Below the pieces are notes generated by a model. It saw only the letters and a program-made list of their open reading frames with translations, made no database searches and had not been told where the DNA came from. From positions 1 to 59,436 of the IMG/VR virus record IMGVR_UViG_3300020161_000132: 59,436 nucleotides of DNA. One strand, given 5' to 3'. Both the position numbers and the translations under genes were made by a program. Shown here piece by piece: positions 55,480-59,436 of the stretch (its first letter is position 1; every line of letters begins with the position of its first letter). This DNA comes from a virus. Its lineage: Duplodnaviria; Caudoviricetes.

Positions 55480-57951
55480 ATGGCTATTTCTAAGCCGATG
55501 ACGCCGTCAGATATTGAGCTCATGGACCCCAACGATGGTGGTATGGAAGTCGATCTTGAGACTGGAGAGACTTCTCCGGCAGAAACCACCGTCACCGAGA
55601 CTGAAGATGGCGGAGTAGTCATTGATTTTGGCGGCGGCATGGATGCCGAGGGCGCTACAGACCACGATGCAAACCTTGCGGAGTTCTTAGAGGATTCTGA
55701 TCTTGGCACACTTGCCAATGAGCTCGTGGATGGGTTCTTAGCCGACCAGAATAGCCGCAAAGAGTGGTCTATGGCCTATGTGAAGGGTCTAGACCTGCTG
55801 GGTATGAAGATTGAGGACCGCACGCAGCCGTGGGCTGGTGCATCAGGGGTCTACCACCCGATGCTGTCTGAAGCTGTGGTTCGCTTCCAAGCACAGGCCA
55901 TGGGCGAGCTTATGCCCGCCAGCGGGCCCGCACGCACTAAGATCGTAGGCAAGATCACCCCCGAGAAAACGCGCCAAGCGTACCGGGTCGAGCAAGAAAT
56001 GAACTACCAGATCACGGAGGAGATGCCGGACTACCGCAACGAGATGGAGCAGATGCTGTTTCGCCTGCCCTTGGCGGGTTCAGCGTTCAAAAAGCTGTAC
56101 TTTGACCCCCTCGAGAAGCGCCCGGTGTCTATTTTCGTTCCCGCAGAGGACTTTGTAGTCTCTTATGGGGCTTCTAACCTGCGTACTTGCCCCCGCTACA
56201 CCCATTTGATGCGCAAAACGGCCAACGAAATCGCAAAATTGCAGTCTGTAAGCTTCTATCGAGACGTAGATTTGCCTGATCCTGAGCCAGATCGCAGCGA
56301 TATCCATGAGAAATACGACGAAATTGACGGCCAAGATCCGACGTATCTGACCGATGACACCCGCTATATCATCCTAGAAATGCACGTGGATGTTGATTTG
56401 CCGGGCGAATTTGCCTCTGAAGACGGGATTGCGCTGCCTTATGTCATAACTATCGACAAGAGTTCTAAGACAATTCTCTCTATCCGCCGTAATTGGTACG
56501 CTGATGACGAAGTCAAAAAGAAGCGTATGCACGTGGTGCACTACCCCTACCTGCCCGGAATGGGGTTTTACGGCACAGGTTTGATCCACCTGATTGGTGG
56601 ACTCGCGAAGTCGGCTACGTCGATCCTACGGCAGCTCATCGACGCTGGCACCCTGTCTAACCTCCCAGCAGGGCTTAAGTCGCGCTCACTGCGTATCAAA
56701 GGGGACAATACTCCTCTGATGCCCGGCGAGTGGCGCGATGCAGACGTTGCAGGCGGTACGCTCCGCGACTCACTATTCCCAATGCCGTATAAGGAGCCTT
56801 CCTCGGTTCTCTATACTCTTCTGGGTAACGTGGTCGATGAAGGACGGCGTATCGGTTCCGTAGCCGACATTGCTATCAGCGACATGGGGGGCCAAGCCCC
56901 TGTAGGCACAACGCTTGCTATCTTAGAACGTAGCCTGAAGGTTATGTCTGGGGTGCAAGCCCGCCTGCACGCCGCTATGAAGGATGAGCTCCGCCTGCTG
57001 GCAAACATCATCAAAGAGTATATGCCCGCTGAATACGACTACGAGGTCGAAGGCGACTTTAACCGTCAGGAAGACTTTGGCGGGCCTGTGGACATCATCC
57101 CAGTGTCTGATCCGAACGCTGCAACCATGGCGCAGCGCGTCATGCAGTACCAAGCGGCGCTCCAACTCGCACAACAGGCCCCACAACTCTACGACCTTGG
57201 AAAGCTCCATCAGCAGATGCTGGAAGTTCTTGGCATCAAGGACGCGGATAGCATCATCAAGCTGCCGGAAGACATGAAGCCGAAAGATCCGGTCACGGAG
57301 AACATGGCGATGCTCAAGCAGGAGCCCATCACGGCATTCCTGTATCAAGACCACGAGGCTCACATCTCGGTTCACCAAGCCGCAATGCAAGACCCGAAGC
57401 TGCAGCAAATGATTGGCCAGTCCCCGTTTGCGCAAGCTATTCAGGCGGCAATGACTTCTCACATCAACGAGCACGTGGCTATGGCGTACCGCAAGGAGAT
57501 CGAGAAGCAACTCGGTGTACCGCTGCCTGCAGAGGGTGAACCGCTTCCCGAGGATGTTGAATTCCAATTGTCTCAACTTATGGCACAAGCGGCGCAGAAA
57601 CTGCTCCAGCAGAGCCAAGCCGAAATGGCCCAGCAGGAAGCACAACAGCAAGCACAAGACCCGCTGACTCAAATGCAGCAAAAAGAGTTGCAGATCAAAG
57701 AGATGCAGGTCCAAGGCAAGCTGCAGCTTGAAGAGAAGAAGCTTCAGGTCACCGCCCAGAACAATCAGGCAAACATCGAATTGCAGCGCCAGCGTATTCA
57801 ATCTGAAGACAAGCGTGCTGGTGCCCAGATTGGGGCTCGCATCGCCACACAGCTTGATACCAATAACCGCAAGGACAAGCTCGAAGGCACACGCCTAGGA
57901 ATCCAGATCGCGCAAAGCCTCTCGGGTAAGGGTAAGTCCAATGGAGAGTGA
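55480..57951 (+). CDS. Portal protein
   Basis: 823 aa; HPMLSEAVVRFQA, LPLAGSAFKK, GFYG.GL, QLIDAGTLSN; long Gln-rich C-terminal helix; follows TerL. Confidence 0.9.
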   Translation: MAISKPMTPSDIELMDPNDGGMEVDLETGETSPAETTVTETEDGGVVIDFGGGMDAEGATDHDANLAEFLEDSDLGTLANELVDGFLADQNSRKEWSMAYVKGLDLLGMKIEDRTQPWAGASGVYHPMLSEAVVRFQAQAMGELMPASGPARTKIVGKITPEKTRQAYRVEQEMNYQITEEMPDYRNEMEQMLFRLPLAGSAFKKLYFDPLEKRPVSIFVPAEDFVVSYGASNLRTCPRYTHLMRKTANEIAKLQSVSFYRDVDLPDPEPDRSDIHEKYDEIDGQDPTYLTDDTRYIILEMHVDVDLPGEFASEDGIALPYVITIDKSSKTILSIRRNWYADDEVKKKRMHVVHYPYLPGMGFYGTGLIHLIGGLAKSATSILRQLIDAGTLSNLPAGLKSRSLRIKGDNTPLMPGEWRDADVAGGTLRDSLFPMPYKEPSSVLYTLLGNVVDEGRRIGSVADIAISDMGGQAPVGTTLAILERSLKVMSGVQARLHAAMKDELRLLANIIKEYMPAEYDYEVEGDFNRQEDFGGPVDIIPVSDPNAATMAQRVMQYQAALQLAQQAPQLYDLGKLHQQMLEVLGIKDADSIIKLPEDMKPKDPVTENMAMLKQEPITAFLYQDHEAHISVHQAAMQDPKLQQMIGQSPFAQAIQAAMTSHINEHVAMAYRKEIEKQLGVPLPAEGEPLPEDVEFQLSQLMAQAAQKLLQQSQAEMAQQEAQQQAQDPLTQMQQKELQIKEMQVQGKLQLEEKKLQVTAQNNQANIELQRQRIQSEDKRAGAQIGARIATQLDTNNRKDKLEGTRLGIQIAQSLSGKGKSNGE

Positions 57952-58129
57952 TATCTTTCTGGCGCTGCTGCGGCGCATCAACGAGCGCAAAGAACACATA
58001 GAACAAGGTCTCGCCCTCGGCGGGGCCAAAAACTTCGAGGATTACTGCCGTTTGGTGGGCGAATACGCCGCATTGAACGATACGGAAGCAGATATCAAAG
58101 ACCTTGAGAAAAGGTATGTTGAACTGTAG
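57941..58129 (+). CDS. Small conserved head-module protein
   Basis: 62 aa; L..GG..NFEDY..LVG pattern; lies between portal and GroES. Confidence 0.7.
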   Translation: MESDIFLALLRRINERKEHIEQGLALGGAKNFEDYCRLVGEYAALNDTEADIKDLEKRYVEL

Positions 58130-58214
58130 GATAACTTAGCTTACTACTTAACGACATCGTGGAGTAGTTCCACGCAAGGTAACGACAGTACCTAAAACTG
58201 TTGCGGAGATTGAA

Positions 58215-58583
58215 ATGTATACGGCTGATAAAGTCGAAGACGAAGAAGTCCTTGCAAAACTTCCTAACCCAGTTGGCTACCACATCCTGATCGCGGTATC
58301 TGAGCTAAGTGAAACCACCAAGGGCGGCGTGTTTATTCCCGACAAACTCAAGCGTGAAGAAGAAACGGCCTCCGTTGTGGGGTACGTGATCAAGCTTGGC
58401 TCAGAGTGCTACGTGGACAAGAATAAGTTCCCGAATGGCCCGTACTGTGCTGAAGGCGACTTCATCATCTTTCGCTCGTACTCCGGCACTCGCTTCAAGG
58501 TGCTGGGTAAAGAGTTCCGTCTCATCAATGACGACACCGTGGAAGCGGTTGTCGAAGATCCACGGGGGTATAGCCGCGCATGA
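58215..58583 (+). CDS. groES: Co-chaperonin GroES-like protein
   Basis: PVGYHILI, TKGGVFIP, VIKLG, EGDFIIF..YSGT, FRLINDD. Confidence 0.9.
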   Translation: MYTADKVEDEEVLAKLPNPVGYHILIAVSELSETTKGGVFIPDKLKREEETASVVGYVIKLGSECYVDKNKFPNGPYCAEGDFIIFRSYSGTRFKVLGKEFRLINDDTVEAVVEDPRGYSRA

Positions 58584-59436
58584 GTGACGAAAATCAAACC
58601 GACGACGAAGGCGAAATTGAGCTGGAAATCGTTGACGATACTCCAGAACCTGACCGCGGTAAGCCGAAAGCTACGGATACGCAGGCCGCTGCAGCTTCTG
58701 ACGATGACGACGACCTTGAAGGGTACTCCGACAAGGTTAAGAAGCGCATCAACAAGCTGAAGTACGACTACCACGCCGAGCGCCGTGCTCGCGAAGAAAA
58801 TGATCGTCTCAAGGAAGAGGCCATCAACATCGCGGTCAAGCTGAAGGAAGAACGGGACCAGATGGCCCGCCGTCTGGAAGCGACCGAGGATGTATCGGTT
58901 GGTCAGGCTAAGCAACGCATCACCACGGAGCTCGAACAGGCTAAGGCCCAGTTCAAGGCAGCTTACGAAGCTGGTGACGGTGATGCCCTTGCTGACGCTC
59001 AGATGCGCATGACAGAGCTCAAGAACGAGGAGTCTCGCGTCAACTCATTCCGTCCGCAACGTCAACAGCCGCAGGAAACGCAGGTACAACAGCCTGCCCC
59101 CCGCCCTGCAAGCCCGCCGCCTCCGTCTAACCGCGCAACCACATGGGCCCAACAAAACCCATGGTTCGGCAAGGACGAGGAGATGACGGGGTACGCTTAC
59201 GGCGTGCATGAACGCCTCATTAAGCAAGGTGTTGCGCCAGATAGCGAAGAATACTATAATCAAATAAACACATCGGTTCGCCGTGTGTTTGCAGAGAAGT
59301 TTGACGGTGGGAATACTGAGGACAAGACCCCTCGCCGTCAGACGAGTTCCGTGGTGGCTCCTGCTGGTCGTCAGACCAATATTGCACCACGCAAAGTTGT
59401 CTTGACCTCCACTCAGGTCGCACTCGCCAAGCGTCT
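58580..59436 (+). CDS. Scaffold protein, 3' truncated
   Basis: Frame open to the window end; acidic N-terminus, YSDKVKKRINKL coiled coil, WAQQNPWFG. Confidence 0.7.
   Translation, partial: MSDENQTDDEGEIELEIVDDTPEPDRGKPKATDTQAAAASDDDDDLEGYSDKVKKRINKLKYDYHAERRAREENDRLKEEAINIAVKLKEERDQMARRLEATEDVSVGQAKQRITTELEQAKAQFKAAYEAGDGDALADAQMRMTELKNEESRVNSFRPQRQQPQETQVQQPAPRPASPPPPSNRATTWAQQNPWFGKDEEMTGYAYGVHERLIKQGVAPDSEEYYNQINTSVRRVFAEKFDGGNTEDKTPRRQTSSVVAPAGRQTNIAPRKVVLTSTQVALAKR

Larger units (their letters stand above)
1..59436. mobile_element. Near-complete podovirus-like dsDNA bacteriophage genome (capsid gene outside window)
   Basis: Terminase, portal, scaffold, tail fibres, ejection proteins, endolysin, PolA and primase in two strand-coherent blocks; no host housekeeping genes; no tape-measure or sheath gene recognised. 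Confidence 0.95.

Noticed and set aside
1392-57801. Long opposite-strand ORFs such as 1654..2475, 18621..19298, 47415..48335, 51713..52492 and 56923..57801
   Set aside because: They are shadows of well-supported genes on the other strand and lack RBS and motifs

Overview
The window is almost the whole genome of a podovirus-like tailed dsDNA phage, circularly permuted. It begins just after, and ends just before, the major capsid gene, which is not in the window. The host is probably a proteobacterium, possibly an alphaproteobacterium (inference). + strand 1-29.4 kb: small basic virion proteins, adaptors, tail fibres, a cassette of six exported or membrane proteins, lysis genes (GH19 endolysin), a nozzle protein and four ejection proteins, the largest about 2300 aa. 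- strand 29.5-52.4 kb: early and replication genes (primase-helicase, SSB-like protein, SNF2 helicase, Cas4-like nuclease, PolA, dNTP diphosphohydrolase, SleB-type hydrolase, VRR-NUC, an AAA/VWA/DUF3150-like triad, a TraR/DksA-like finger). + strand 52.8-59.4 kb: TerS, TerL, tRNA(CAT), portal, GroES and scaffold. No integrase was seen. Most notable observations: (1) a palindrome TTAGTC-N5-GACTAA in 17 perfect copies, dense across the early region, sometimes enclosing the RBS and sometimes inside CDSs; (2) an ~85-nt candidate sRNA whose hairpin loops are complementary to the CTGGAG(A/G)A RBS shared by about 12 early genes and to the portal RBS; (3) a phage-borne pilin-like plus chaperone-like export cassette with no usher; (4) an ~490-nt highly structured non-coding element next to a boxA site and a probable origin. 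All family assignments come from motif recognition by eye, with no database searches, and coordinates were counted by hand.
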